From: Mobula hypostoma
Taxonomy: Eukaryota
Direction: 5' to 3'
DNA length: 64,000 nucleotides
Assembly: GCF_963921235.1 (NCBI RefSeq)
Contig: NC_086097.1
Span: 47,866,001 to 47,930,000 of the forward strand
Part shown: one piece after another, positions 1 through 13,523 of the stretch
Position numbering within the stretch: the stretch's first letter is position 1
How the letters are laid out: every line of letters begins with the position of its first letter
Notes under the pieces: model-generated
Databases searched by the model: none
What the model was told of the DNA's origin: nothing
What the model saw: the letters and a program-made list of their open reading frames with translations, nothing else
Translations under genes and position numbers: made by a program

Positions 1-3000
1 AGGTTAACCAAACTCGCACTCAAACGGTGACATCTCATACGCCGAATACTGTAAGGTGTTATGGGCAACTGCTATCCACATAAAAACAGTTTCACCATTC
101 ACCTGGTCTTTCCAAAGTGAGGCATCTTAGAGTACATTCTAATTCCTGTTTGGTCTACTCCGTCTGGCTGTTGGACTGCGGGTGAAACCCAGAGAAAAGG
201 CTTGCTGTTGCCCCTATCAGTTTGCAGAACACCCTCTAGAAATGTGATGTGAATTGTGGACCATGATCTGAGACAATGTCCACCGGAATCTGTGGGTGTT
301 GAAGACTTGGTCCAGGATAATCTCAGCCGTTTCCAACGCAGTGGTAGCTTCTCCCAAGGCAATGAACTTGCAGGCTTTCGAAAACCGATTGACAACTGCC
401 ATGATGACTAACTTCCTCTTGGATGGTGGGAGATCTGTGACAAGGTCCATGGAGATGTGTGCCCAAGGTCTTTCCAGAACAGGTAGGGAGTGGAGGAGCC
501 TTTGAGATTAGGTACGGGATTCCTTGTTCTGGACGCATGCCTCACATGCCTACACGTACTGCTGAACATCTTGCGTCATTCCGGGCCACTAATACCTCCT
601 CTTAATAAACTCGAGGGTTCTGGCAATCCCAGGGTGTGTGGTATTTCTCAACAAATGCCCCCGTTGGAGTACCTGGGATCAGACAGAACTTGGGATGAAC
701 AACCTACCTGGAGGACAGTTCCTAGGAATCTCCCCTTGTACTTGGGCCTTGTGAACAAGAGTGTCAATACCCTAACGAATTGGTGCTACCATCCTGGCCT
801 GTAGGAAAATGGTGGTCGGCTGCTCCTCTTATTGTAATTCATCAAACAGATGTGACACCGCATCAAGATTCTGGTTTTTTCAACCCCAGTCTGTAGGTCA
901 TGATAAATTCAAAGCAGTTAAAGAACAAAGCCCACCCGGCTTGCCTGGAATTCAGCCTCTTGCCCTCCTGAATATAAGTTAGGTTCTTGTGGTCAGTCCA
1001 AATGATGAAAGGGTTCTTGGCCCCCTTTAGCTAGTTTCGCCATTCCTCCAAGGCTAACTTAACTGCAAGAAATTCCCAATTCCCAATGCCATAGTTCCTC
1101 TCTGCCAGGGATAGCTACCTGGAGAAGAATGCATGTGGATGCAATTTACCATCTGAAGGTGATCATTGGGACAAGATGTCACCCATTCCGATGTCTGAGA
1201 TGTGCGCTTCCATGATGAAGGGAAAATCCGGGTTAGGAGAAACTAAGATCGGAGCTGTTGTGAACCACTGCTTAAGTTCTGCAAAAGCAGCCTCCACTTC
1301 AATCATCCAGACAAAAGGTCCTGTGAATTTCTTAGTTGGGGCTGTCAGTGGAGCTGCCACTGAGCTGAAGTTCCTGACGAACTTCTGGTAGGAGTTAACA
1401 AACCCCAAGAATCGCTGAGCTTGTTTGATACTGGATGGTGGTTGCCAGTCTCACTGTCTGGGATCTGATAGGGTCCATCTTGAGATTGCTGTTGGAGATG
1501 ATGAAACCCAAAAATGAAACAGTTGTCACATAAAACTCTGACTTCTCTAACTTGACATAAAGTCCATAGTCTAAGAGCCTCTTTAAAATGTCCCTGACAT
1601 GAGCGACTTATTCCTCCATGGACTTTGAGAAAATTAGGATATCATCCAGGTAGACAAAGACATGCTTAGGACGAGTATCCTGGAGCATGTAGGTTCTAAG
1701 GGCTTGGAAAACAGCTGGAGTGTTTGCAAGGCCAAAGAGCATAACCGGATAGTCATAGCGCCCTGTGGGTGTATTGAATGTAGTCTTCTAGTTTTGCGAA
1801 TGTCCTTGCTCCTTGGAGCATCTTGAAAGCCATATTCATGAGTAGAATATTCAATTCTTGGCTATTATGTGATTTAATCCCCTATAATCAATGCACGGCC
1901 GCAGGCTCCCATCTTTCTTTTGTACGAAGAAGCCTGCACTGGCAGCTGATGTGGATGGTCGAATGAAGCCCATGGCAAGAGCTTCCTTTATATACTCCTC
2001 CATTGCACCTCTCTCTGGGCCTGAGAGCATGTACAATTGACGCCCGCCCCCCCCCTCCCCAGGGGACAGGTACTAGGCAGCGGGTCTATAGAATAGTTGT
2101 AGGGACAGGGCGGTGGAAGAGTCGAGGCCTTTACCTTACTGAAGACCTCTTCCAAGTCCTTGTAAACAGAAGGGATTTTGACCAGTCTAGATGTTGCTAT
2201 CTCCTCCAGATCTTCCTTTCAGGACAACTCCTAAGACTTGGGTGACAAGGGTGACACTCACAAAGTTCCTTCATAGAGACACTGACCAAATCAGAGTTTG
2301 AATCCCCGTGTGTATCCTCGGGTAATGACAGTGAGGCGGTTTAGAGGGTTCCTGTCCCCTGCCCCGGAACAGGCTTCAAGGATCAGTGTACAGAGTCTGT
2401 CCCTTCCTGGAGACTTGGCGGTGAATTTCCCAAACTGCTTGGGCATCTCCTTCGACCTTTCCTGAACTAGAGATTCCCTCTCTCTAGTTCCTGTCAGATC
2501 CCAGCTGGACAGTGCTGGGATACACACAGTCCCGTTGGCTGGAACTGGCTTGTCCACTCTTAAGGACATGAGTAGGTCTCTAGAAGGTTTTGGGTTCATT
2601 AACAGTGACGGCTACCCCTTTATTGGTCAATGGTCGTGGGAGAATCTGGGTGTCGGAACACCATGCACACAACTGTGCGGCAAACAAACCCTCTTACAAT
2701 GACTGGACCAAGCAATGATTCTCCCCTCCCCCCCCCGCCATTCCACAGATATGTTATGCTGCGACAGCCAAGGGTACTAAAGAATCAAGGGTATGAGTGG
2801 AGAGTCAATAATGTGGAAACTAATGTCCTCCACATGATCCCCTAACCTCATCTGCAACATCAGAGTCTCTTGCTAGTTCTGCCCAGAAACTAGCGAGTGG
2901 CCATCCGGGACTATTGTGGGTATGGACTGGCTCAACTCTCACAGCGGTATGTCAAACCTTTGGGTGGTTCATAAATCCAGAAAATTACCTGCTGCCCCTG

Positions 3001-4397
3001 AGTCCACAGAAGCTCGTGCCTGCCTCAAGTTCTTACCCCAGGTGAGCTCCATCTTTAGAATGAAACCAGAATCCGTGGGATTGGGCGTAGTGGCTGCTAC
3101 TGCCACAGTCCTCCCGAGACTAGATAGCTTTAGCAGTTCTCTCGGTGGCTGCAGCTTCTGACATTTGGCCCGCAGGTGACCCTCCCCACAGTTAATGCAG
3201 TGACCTTGACTCCAACGCTGGGACCTCTCATTGGCGGATAGTCCAGTGCCACTGACCTGCATGGGTTCGACTAGATCTTGAGCAGGCAACAGGCTGGTTA
3301 TGGTCCATGGTTGGGGACTGGAGTTGCAAAGCGTAGGGACCGGGCTCGGACTGGCTGTCTTCAACTTCCTGACGTAGTCCCACTCCCGCTCTGCCAAATG
3401 ATTATCAAGACAGACGGACTGGTCAATCAGAACCCTCAAGTTCTTTGCTGTCCCTGCAAAGATGAGGGCATCCTTCAGTTCATCTCTGAGTCCGTGACGG
3501 TGTAGCATGGCAAAGGCCTCCCCGTTTCATCCACTCTCCTGGGCCAAATTCTGAAATTCATTTGCATTTGCCGCTGACCCCCGCCCCCCCACCCACCCAC
3601 CCACCCGACAGATCTTCATCAGGCGGTTCAAGGCAGGGTGATGAAACACCGTCCATCATGGCAGCCCTGAATTCCTTCAAATCCAAGCAAATCTCTGAAT
3701 GCAAACCTCCTAATGCACGGTGGCCCAGGCCAGGGCTTTTCCAGTCAGAAGAGACCATCTTTCTGCACTCTGAAAGGAACCGGGACGGCTGGACTAATGA
3801 GCATTGGACGAGAAAGCTGTGGCAAGAACCCAGGTCACCAAAGAATCTCTCTGGGGTTGGAAGCTGGACTGGCTGTGCAGAATGACTGACTGCCCAAGCG
3901 ACTTTGGCTTTCTCCCTGCAATAGTCAGCAAATGGTGACCTGGAGGTCATGTATCTCCAGGCTCTGTCTGAAAGGTTTCTTGCTGTGGCTAGCCACAGCT
4001 GAGGAAAGGCTCCGAAATCCCGGTGGGTCCATGCTCATTCAATCATACTGTGACTAGAGTCCTTGACAAGGATGGTTTGGACCCAAATACTAGGATATCC
4101 AAAGCAAGATTCAAGACACAGTATGAAACTGGATCTGAGCACAAACCAAAGCTAGGCGATATCACTAGTAGACTTACAATTGAGCACAGAACCACAGCTC
4201 AGGTGTTCATTTACTACTCAATTCTTGGTGCTTGAAACCTGATTACCAATTAGCAGAACTGTTCTGAACCCTTAAGGCTATCTGTACTCTGGGGGAGTTT
4301 GAGCATCTAAATCCCTGAAGCTGACTGAATGGGGGCATCTCATTACAGGAGATGGGGCAGTCAGCACAGCTTTGTGCCTGGAAGGATGTGTCTTACA
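1..4397 (-). mobile_element. Degenerate Ty3/Gypsy LTR retrotransposon, Tf1/sushi-like; 3' part runs off the window start
   Basis: Minus-strand fragments in gag-PR-RT-RH-IN order: gag (PERFFGDLGSCHSFLVQC; C-x2-C-x3-H-x4-C knuckle CINCGEGHLRAKC), protease VDSGAAGNF (~2970-3010), [35 protein letters not shown] (1851-2036), RNase H (1163-1408), integrase MDLVTDLP..VVNRFSK (217-450). Many stops and frameshifts. Confidence 0.92.
4049..4397 (-). repeat. 5' LTR of the sushi-like Gypsy element
   Basis: Reads TGTAAGAC...GTCACA on the minus strand, followed after 16 nt by ATG GAC CCA (MDP gag start). Confidence 0.7.
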
Positions 4398-4399
4398 AG

Positions 4400-5550
4400 T
4401 CTTTTGGTGTTGTTCAAGGATAGGTTAGGATAGGACAGTGGATATTGCCTGTCTGGACTTTATCAAGGTCTTTTAGGTCCTTCATGCAGGCTAGTATCGA
4501 AGGTTAGAGTGCATGGGATCCAAGGGAGAGAGCTGATTGGATTCATAATTGACTCAATGCTAAGAAAGAGAGGGTGATTGAGAGTTGGTTCTTGGATTAG
4601 AGACCTTTGTCTTGTAGTCTACCGCAGGTGTTGGTGCTAGGACCTTTGTAATTTACCTTTATAAACAAATTGAATGTAAATGTACAAGGCATATTTAGTA
4701 AGTTTATGGATTAAACGAAATAAGGTTGTGTTGTAGATTGTGTAGACAGTTATTACAAAACAATGCAGAGGGGTCTTGACCGGCTGGGTATGTGGGCTGA
4801 GGGTTGACAGCTGGATTTCTATCCAGATAAATGTGAGATGTTGTAGTTTGTGAGATCGAACGAATATAGAAGTTGGACAATGAATTGTAGGTCCCTGGGG
4901 AGTGTAATGGAATTGAAGGCGCTCAAAATACATATGCAGAATTTGTTGATAGCAGCATCTCAGGCAGAGAAGGTGCTGAAGAAGGCTTTTGATATGCTGG
5001 TCTTCATCAATTACACCACTGTGTTGCAGTTATATAAGACATTGGCAAGGCCTCTCTTGGAGTTTTGTGTACACTTTTGGTCACCCTGTTACAGTAAAGA
5101 TGTTATTAAACAAGAGTGCAGGAGAGATTTGTTAGCATTATTGTTTGGACTTGGGGCATCTGAGTTACGAGGAGAGGATGCATAGACTAGGACATTATTG
5201 CCTGGAATATAGGTGATTGAGGGATGACCTGATAGAGAAGTATATAAGATCATGAGGGTGAAAGCACATGTTTTTCCCCCAGGGTGTGCTAAAAACAAGA
5301 GGGCATAGTTTTAAGATCCAGGGGTAAAATATTTAAAACGGACACCAAGTGTAGCCTCTTCACATTTTAGAATAAGCTACCATATACAGTAGTTGAGGCA
5401 GACACATCAGCAATGTTTCAAAGCTATCTAGATAAGTACATGGATAGGAGAAGATCAGTTGATTATACAGACCAAATAGAGGCAGATGGAACTAGCTAGC
5501 TGAGCAGGCGAGAGATCGTGGAGGAGTTGGGTTTTCATGCTGTTAGATTC
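4400..5550 (+). mobile_element. Degenerate CR1 LINE 3' part
   Basis: RT C-terminal remnant LQLYKTLARPLLEFCVHFWSP and CR1-like 3' UTR. Confidence 0.85.
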
Positions 5551-6849
5551 TGAAAGGATGGAATCCTAATAAATATGCAGTTTAAATAATTCAAATTAAA
5601 ATACTCACTTTCACTCTCCACAGATGCTTCCTGATTTGCTGAGTATTTCTGACATTTTCCATTTTTTGTCGCTAAACTGTTTTTGTTCCTTCAGGTGGAT
5701 CCAGAACTTCTAAGCTGTTCTGCGGAAGAAAGCAAAAATGTTTTGTACCACTTGCATTCCTTGGTGCTTCTGAACCCTTAGACCATCATTCTGAAGATGT
5801 GGCAATGGTCAGCAATCTTATGTTAAGGAAAAAATGGAGCCTGTTAAATACAGAATAATATTTTTCTCCTACTAGGCAAATTTGAGTGACCTCTTTGAAA
5901 GAAACTGTTGTAGCTTATGGGGCAAAAGAAATGATGAAGCAGTTGGGTAAAATCTGGATTACAAAGTACTTGGGTACAAATTGAGCAACATAATTGAAAA
6001 GAATTACTTGTTAATTAAGTATAAAATTTATTACATGAGAAAAAATTGTCTATAGCGAGCAGTTATAACCTTGCTTTCACTTTGTTAATGTATGGAAAAG
6101 ATGGGCAGTTCTGGTATTGATGAACAAAACCACTTAAAGTATCTTACTGGTTGTAACATTATTTTGTTCAGTGGTTAATGATAATAAAGTGCAATTATGA
6201 GCGCTGTCATGTGTCTGAGTTTGAAATTTATTTGAAGTCTTTTACACAAAGTATTTCGACTATATATTCCATTTGGAATTGCATCTCCTTGTGCTCAGTA
6301 GTGTTATTTATTTATCTCTCTGCCTGTCTATTTATTTATTATAGCCAGGTGATACTATGGTGGATCTGGGTGCAATTGTATTAACATAGTGTAACAATAT
6401 AAACTGCATATGTCACTGAATTCACCTGTGTCTAGTTTGTCCAGAGTATTGGAAAGCATGGTTCTACTGCAGATTGGCTCCTGAGTACTTCCCTTACTGT
6501 ATTAGTTGCTTTAACAGGTCATGTTTCCTTACGGTGCAAAATACAGTAAAGCTCTTATTTCTCATCTCCATGACATTGGCATAAACATCTAATTCTTCAC
6601 TCCCAGACACTGAATACTTAATGTGAAGAAACATGCAAATTAGCAAGATATCAGGGTTAGCCATCATTTAGAGTTTCAAGGTTGGATACTAATAGCTGAT
6701 CTGTATCTAACCTTGACACTAAATGACAGATTTCCATGTTTTCCATAATGTAGTATTTTTGTGTCGTGGCTTAGTTCAAGTCCCATCACAAAATGTAGTG
6801 AAATCTGGTTGGTTATCTGATGAATTATGGAGAAATAATAGAGGAATAA

Positions 6850-7625
6850 TGAATGTTTTAGGAGTATGAGGTGCAGGTCCTTCAATTTGCTTCTGTCTTC
6901 AACATGGCATTGGAAGAGGTTGTGGAAATGAGGAGTGGAACTGAAATATTTGGCTAGCAAGAGATCTTGACTATTGTGGCAAATGGAGTGGAGGCAGTCA
7001 ATGAAATGATTTCCTTCAGTTTGTGTCAGGTCTCAGTAATATAGAGAAAGGCTACATTGGAAGTGCCAGGTACTATAAATGACAGCAAAGGTTTCGGATG
7101 TGAAGTTCTACCTTACTGTAGTGGAGGAGCAACACTTAATATTCAGTCCTGGTAGCCTCTAATTGATGGCATCAATATCAATTTCTCTAACTTCTGTTTA
7201 AACACTCCCCACTGTTTCCGATCACCCATTCTCATTTCCTTTTTTTCCTTTATTTGTGGTCCCATTGTCTGGTCTCTTTCCCCTCATCACCTGCCCATTA
7301 CCTTCATCTACCTCCGTCTGGTTTCCTGTCTGCTTCCTTTACTCGATAGATACTGTCTTCCTGTCAGATTCATTCATTCTTCAGCCCTTTGCCTTCCCCA
7401 CCTTTCACTTCCCAGCTTTTTGCATTATTCCGTTTTCTTCTCTTTTCACTTGTCACCTGCCAGCTTCTGCATCTCCTCGTTCCCTTAGACCTTTATTCTG
7501 GCTTCTACTCCCTTCCTTTCCAGTCTTGATGGAAGCGTGTTGGCTTGAAATGTCGACTATTAATTTTCTCTCGTAGATGCTGTCTGACCCGCTGAGTTCC
7601 TCCAGCATTTTGTGTGTGTTAACAT
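6850..7625. mobile_element. Old Penelope-like remnant with inverted parts (minus ~6850-7110, plus ~7120-7625)
   Basis: Similar to the GIY-YIG end and 3' tail of the younger copies at 60.3-63.2 kb. Degenerate hammerhead-like motif at ~7522-7560. Confidence 0.65.
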
Positions 7626-7764
7626 TTGCATTAATGTACATTTGTAGTCTGAACTGCAAATCACTGTGGACTTGCTGACTGCAGCACATGCATGAATGAC
7701 ATCATCCTTAACATTCACAAAACAAAAGCACACAACTGACAGCACTATCACTTCAATTGGAGTA

Positions 7765-10322
7765 CTGCACAGGCGCAACAGAAGTGTTCTCATCCAGGTC
7801 CGGTGAAGAGCTTTGAAAAGGAAGTTATTCAGCAGGAGTCTTCGATTGGAGTACTGTGCAGATGCAACAGAAGCATTGCTGGCAAGGCCTAATGAAGAGT
7901 TTTAAAAATCCAGTCTCTATAAAAGATATGTGCCGCCTAGCAGAGCAGTCATTGTGGGAGCGGTCATCATTGGAGTGGTGGTTTTTGGAATAGTCTGAAT
8001 AAGTGTAGCAAGGCTTCGGCAAGAACTGGTGAAGGCAAGGTAAGTTTATATCTTTTTTTTCCTGAATTAACTCTTGAGAGAATAGGGGGTATGTTTGGAC
8101 AGCCAGTGTTCTGTTCTGGGTGTCAGATGTGGGATTTCTAGGAGACTACCAGCCACCCCAGTGGCCACATCTGCACCAGGTGCATCGAGATGCACCTCCT
8201 TGGAGATTGTGTAAGGGAACAGGAGCTGTAGCTCGATGACCTTCAACTTTTAAAAGAAAGTGAGGTGATAGGCAGGAGCTACAGGGAAGTAGTCACCACA
8301 AGGCTACAGGAGAGAGATAAATATGTGACTGTCAGGAGAGGGAAGGGAGAACGTCAGAGAGTGGAGAGCACCCCTGTGGCCATTCCCCTCAACAATAAGT
8401 ACTCCATTTTGAGTATTGTTTGGGGGGGGGTGTGACCTACCTGGGGGAAGCAACAGTGGCCGTGCCTTTGGCATTGAGTCTGGCCCTGTGGCAGGAAACT
8501 GAAGAGGATGACAACAGTAATTGGGGACTTGATAGTTAGTGGGGTAGACAGGTGATAAAGTGGACATGAAAACAAAACATGGATGGTTGTTTCCCTCCCA
8601 GATGCCAGGGTTCGTAATGTTTCTGAAAACGTCCACAATATCCTGAAAAGGGAGGGTGAGCAGCTAGAAGTCCTGGTACATATTGGTACTAACAACATGG
8701 GTAGAAAAAGGGAGAAGGTCCTGAAAACAGAATACAGGGCATTAGGAAGGAAGCTGAGAAGCAGGATCTCAATCTCGGGATTGCTGCCTGTGCCACGTGA
8801 CAGTGAGGGTAGGAATAGAATGAGGTAGTGGATAAATACGTGGCTAAAGAATTGGAGCGGGGGCAGGGATTCAGATTTCTGGATCATTTGGACCTTTTCT
8901 GGCACAGTTTGGACCTTTACAAAAGGGAGGGGTTGCACTTGAATCTGAGGGGGATCAATATCCTTGTGGGCAGGTTTGCAGGAGCTGTTGGGAGTGGTTT
9001 AAACTAATATGGCATGAGGATAGGAACCAGTGTGATAGAGCTGAGTATGACCCAGCAGGTTTACAAGTAGATAATGTAATCTGAATGTAAGGAAGGACAA
9101 AGCAATGACTGGGTACAAATGCAGACAGAGCAAAGAGTTAAATTTTATCACAGTGGCAAAATTCAAAAGGACGAAGAATGCAGGACCAAAGGTGCTGTAT
9201 TTAAATACTGTACACATAGCATTCAGAATAAGGTGGATAAACTCATGGTGCAATTAGAGATTGGTGGATATGATATGGGTATCACTGAGTCATGGGTGAA
9301 AGAATGTCATAGTTGGGAGTTTAACATCAAAGGATATACTTTGTATTGAAAGGACAGGCAGGAAGGCAGAGGTGGTGGTGGTGTGGCTGTATTGGGAAGA
9401 GATGGAATTACATCTTTGGAAAGAAGTGACATAGGGTCAGAGAATGTTGAATATTTATGGGTGGAATTTAGGAACTGCAAGAGTTAGAAGAAAAAAATGG
9501 GAATCGTATGTAACCTCCAAATAGTAGCCAAGATGTGGGGTTAAGATTGCAATGGGAGCTGGAAAGGGCATGTAATGAGGGTAATGTCACAATTGTAATG
9601 GGGGTATAAATATTTAAGGGGAATGAGAAAATCAGATGGTTGTTGGATTGCAAGAGATGGAATTTGTTGAATTCCTACGAGATGGCTTTTTAGAGCAGCT
9701 TGTGCTTGAGCTTACTTGGGGAAAGACCATGTATAACGCTGATTTTATTCGTCTGCTTAACGTAAAGGAACCCTGAGGAGGCAATGATCATAATATGATT
9801 GATTTCATACTGCAATTTGAGAGGGAGAAGCATGACTCACATCTATCAGTATTGCAGTAGAATAAAGGGAATTACAGAGGGATTCAAGAGGAGTTTACCC
9901 AGTTGGATTGGAGGGGAATATGGGTGGGGAACAGAGGTGGCTGAAGTTTCTGGGAATAGTTCACAATGCACAGGATAGATAGGTCCCACAGAAGAAATTG
10001 TTCTCAAATGGCAGGGCTAGGCAACCGTGGCTGACAAGGGAAGTTAAAAGCCAAGGAAAGGGCATATAATGTAGCAAAAGTGAGTGGGAAGTTGGATGAT
10101 TGAGAAGCTTTTAAAATTCAAGAAAAGGCAACTGTTTTTTTTTAAAAAAAGCTATAAGATGGGGAAAGATGAAATATGATAGCAAACTAGCTAATAATAT
10201 AAAGCAGGATACTAAAAGATATAAAGAATAAAAGATAGGTGAGAGTTGATGTTGGATGGATGGAAAATGATGCTGGTGAGGTACTAATGGCGGGGGTGGG
10301 GGGCAAAGAAGTGGCAGATGAA
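7765..10322 (+). mobile_element. CR1 LINE 5' portion: 5' UTR, ORF1 with Cys motif and SGNH-esterase domain, APE endonuclease; decayed
   Basis: ORF1 VVSLPDARVRNV..VLVHIGTNNMG (8583-8828). APE-like SIQNKVDKL..GITESW (9119-9349). Confidence 0.85.
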
Positions 10323-10527
10323 CTTTCCAAAATGCATCAGGCTTGTTTAGATGTTCCTTTGAACCTTTTGAATCAAACTTTTTGGCCGCAATGAGCAAAG
10401 GTATGTTTGGAGAAAAAAGGGTGCAGAATTTCATGAAAAGAACCCCTCTCCAACTGTTAAGCACGGGGGTGGATTGATCATGCTTTGGGCTTCTGTTGCA
10501 GCCAGTGGCACGGGGAACATTTCACTT
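10323..10527. mobile_element. Tc1 transposase fragment containing an internal inversion
   Basis: The minus strand of ~10323-10361 encodes KEHLNKPDAFW. The plus strand of ~10375-10527 encodes KLFGRNEQRYVWRKKGAEFHEKNPSPTVKHGGGLIMLWAS. Confidence 0.75.
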
Positions 10528-12712
10528 TGAAGGTATGAGATGTGAATTAGCTAAGATAGACTGGGAAATGATACTTAAAAGGGTTGACGGTGGATATGCA
10601 ATGGCAAGCATTTAAAGATCGCATGGATGAACTACAACAATTGTTCATCCCAGTTTGGCAAAAGAATAAATCAGGGAAGGTAGTGCACCCATGGCTGCAA
10701 GGGAAATTAGGGATAGTATCAATTCCAAAGAAGAAGCATACAAATTAGCCAGAAAAAGCGACTCACCTGAGGACTATGAGAAATTCAGAGTCCAGCAGAG
10801 GAGGACAAAGGGCTTAATTAAGAAAGGGAAAAAAGATTATGAGAGAAAACTGGCAGGGAACATAAAAACTGACTGTAAAAGCTTTTATAGATATGTGAAA
10901 AGAAAAAGATTGGTTAAGACAAATGTACTTCCCTTACAGACAGAAACAGGTGAATTGATTATGAGGAACAAGGACATGGCAGACCAATTGAATAACTACT
11001 TTGGTTCTGTCTTCACTAAGGAGGACATAAAATAATCTTCCGGAAACAGTAGGGGACAGAGGGTCTGGTGAGATGGAGGAACTGAGGGAAATACATCTTA
11101 GTAGGAAAGTGGTGTTAGGTAAATTGAAGGGATTAAAGGCAGATAAATCCCCAGGGCCAGATGGTCTGCATTCCAGAGTGCTTAAGGAAGTAGCCCAAGA
11201 AATAGTGGATGCCTTAGTGATAATTTTTCAAAACTCTTTAGATTCTGGACTAGTTCCTGAGGATTAGAGGGTGGCTATGTAACACTGCTTTTTTAAAAAA
11301 GGAGGGAGAGAGAAACAGGGGAATTATAGATTGGTTAGCCTAACATCGGTGGTGGGGAAAACGCTAGATGTGATAATAGCACATTTGGAAAGCGGTGAAA
11401 TCATTGTACAAAGCCAGCATGGATTTGTGAAAGGAAAATCATGTCTGACGAATCTCATAGAAATTTTGAGGATGTAACTAGTAGAGTGGATAGGGGAGAA
11501 CCGGTGGATGTGGTACATTTGTATTTTCAAAAGGCTTTTGACAAGGTCCCACACAGGAGATTAGTGTGCAAACTTAAAGCACATGGTATTGGGGGTAAGG
11601 TATTGATGTGGATAGAGAATTGGTTGGCAGACAGGAAGCAAAGAGTGGGAATAAACGGGACCTTTTCAGAATGGCAGGCAGTGACTAGTGGGGTACCGCA
11701 AGGCTCAGTGCTGGGACCCCAGTTGTTTACAATATATATTAATGACTTAGATGAGGGAATTAAATGCAGCATCTCCAAGTTTGCGGGTGACACGAAGCTG
11801 GGCGGCAGTGTTAGCTATGAGGAGGATGCTAAGAGGATGCAGGGTGACTTGGATAGATTAGGTGAGTGGGCAAATTCGTGGCAGATGCAATTTAATGTGG
11901 ATAAATGTGCGGTTATCCACTTTGGTGGCAAAAACAGAAAAACAGATTATTATCTGAATGGTGGCCGATTAGGAAAAGGGGAGGTGCAACGAGACCTGGG
12001 TGTCATTATACACCAGTCATTGAAAGTGGGCATGCAGGTACAGCAGGCAGTGAAAAAGGCGAATGGTATGCTGGCATTCATAGCAAAAGGATTCAAGTAC
12101 AGGAGCAGGGAGGTACTACTGCAGTTGTACAAGGCCTTGGTGAGACCACACCTGGAGTATTGTGTGCAGTTTTGGTCCCCTAATCTGAGGAAAGACATTC
12201 TTGCCATAGAGGGAGTATAAAGAAGGTTCACCCCCAGATTGATTCCTGGGATGGCAGGACTTTCGTAAGAAAGACTGGATCGACTAGGCTTATACTCTCT
12301 GGAATTTGGAAGATTGAGGGGGGATCTTATTGAAACATATAAAATCCTAAAGGGATTGGACAGGCTAGATGCAGGAAGATTGTTCCCGATGTTGGGGAAG
12401 TCCAGAATGAGGGGTCACAGTTTGAGGATAAAGGGGAAGCCTTTTAGGACCGAGATTAGGAAAAACTTCTTCACACAGAGAGTGGTGAATCTGTGGAATT
12501 CTCTGCCACAGGAAACCGTTGAGGCCAGTTCATTGGCTTTATTTAAGAGGGAGTTAGATATGGCCCTTGTGGCTAAAGGGATCAGGGGGTATGGAGGGAA
12601 TGCTGGTACAGGGTTCTGAGTTGGATGATCAGCCATGATCATACTGAATGGCGGTGCAGGCTTGAATGGCCAAATGTCCTACTCCTGCACCTATTTTCTA
12701 TGTTTCTATGTT
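10528..12712 (+). mobile_element. Young 5'-truncated CR1 LINE (ORF2 RT plus 3' UTR)
   Basis: KSPGPDGLH, FQKAFDKVPH, SGVPQGSVLGP, RPHLEYCVQFWSP; ends in (TTCTATGT)n. Confidence 0.95.
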
Positions 12713-12714
12713 TG

Positions 12715-12867
12715 TAAGAGTAAAAGACAAAAATTGAAATTGCAGTTACAAAAAGAAATGAATGGCAAATTAACTAAAATGGAATTAGACACTGGCTCTG
12801 CTGTTTCAGTCATTCCACAAAATGAGTTTGAACAGTACTTTAAAGATACTCAACTGAAGCTGCAGAT
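12715..12867 (+). mobile_element. Gypsy protease fragment
   Basis: MELDTGSAVSVIP; same family as 23440-23560. Confidence 0.7.
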
Positions 12868-13470
12868 CATAAACAAGAGAAAATCTACAGATGCTGGAAA
12901 TCTGCGCAACACACACAAAATGCTGGAGGAACTCAGGCCAGGCAGCATCTATGGGGAAAAAAGTACAGTCAACATTTCAGGCTGAAACCCTTTCGCAGGA
13001 CTGGAGAAAGGAAGCTGAGGAGTAGATTTGAAAGGTGGGGGGAGTGGAGAGAAACGTCAAGCAACAGGTGAAACTGGAAGGGGGAGGGATGAAGCCAAGA
13101 GCTAGGAGGTTGATTGGTGAAAGAGACAGAAGGCCATGGAAGAAAGATGGGCGGAGGACCATCAGGGGGAGTGATGGGCGGGCAAGGAGATAACATGAGA
13201 GAGGGACAAGGAGATGGGAAATGGTGAAGGCAGGGGAGGGGGGGGTTGGGTGGAGACATTACTGGAAGTTTGAGAAATTGATGTTCATGCCATCAGGTTG
13301 GAGGCTACCCAAACAGAATATAAGGAGTTGTTACTCCAACTTAAGTATAGCCTTATTCTGACAGTGGAGGAGGCCATGGATGGACATATGGGAATGGGAA
13401 GTGGAATTAAAATTGCCATGGATGGACATATCGGAATGAAAATGGGAAGTGGTGCCATGGATGGCCATAT
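12868..13470 (-). mobile_element. Penelope-like 3' fragment with short tandem re-duplication at its truncated 5' end
   Basis: Homologous to 62640-63215. GCCATGGATGG(A/C)CATAT occurs three times at ~13373-13470. Confidence 0.8.
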
Positions 13471-13523
13471 AGGGCCATTCCCAGTATAATTAGAAATTTG
13501 GTTAAAAAGCAATTCCATTTTGA

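Noticed and set aside
2215..2698. Solo LTR beginning TGTAAG on the minus strand
   Set aside because: No TSD or matching end; TGT AAG continues the Gypsy pol reading (SHCKRVCL).
8025..8050. Strong donor AAGGTAAGT (similar site near 32996)
   Set aside because: It lies within CR1 5' UTR sequence and is not evidence of a host exon.
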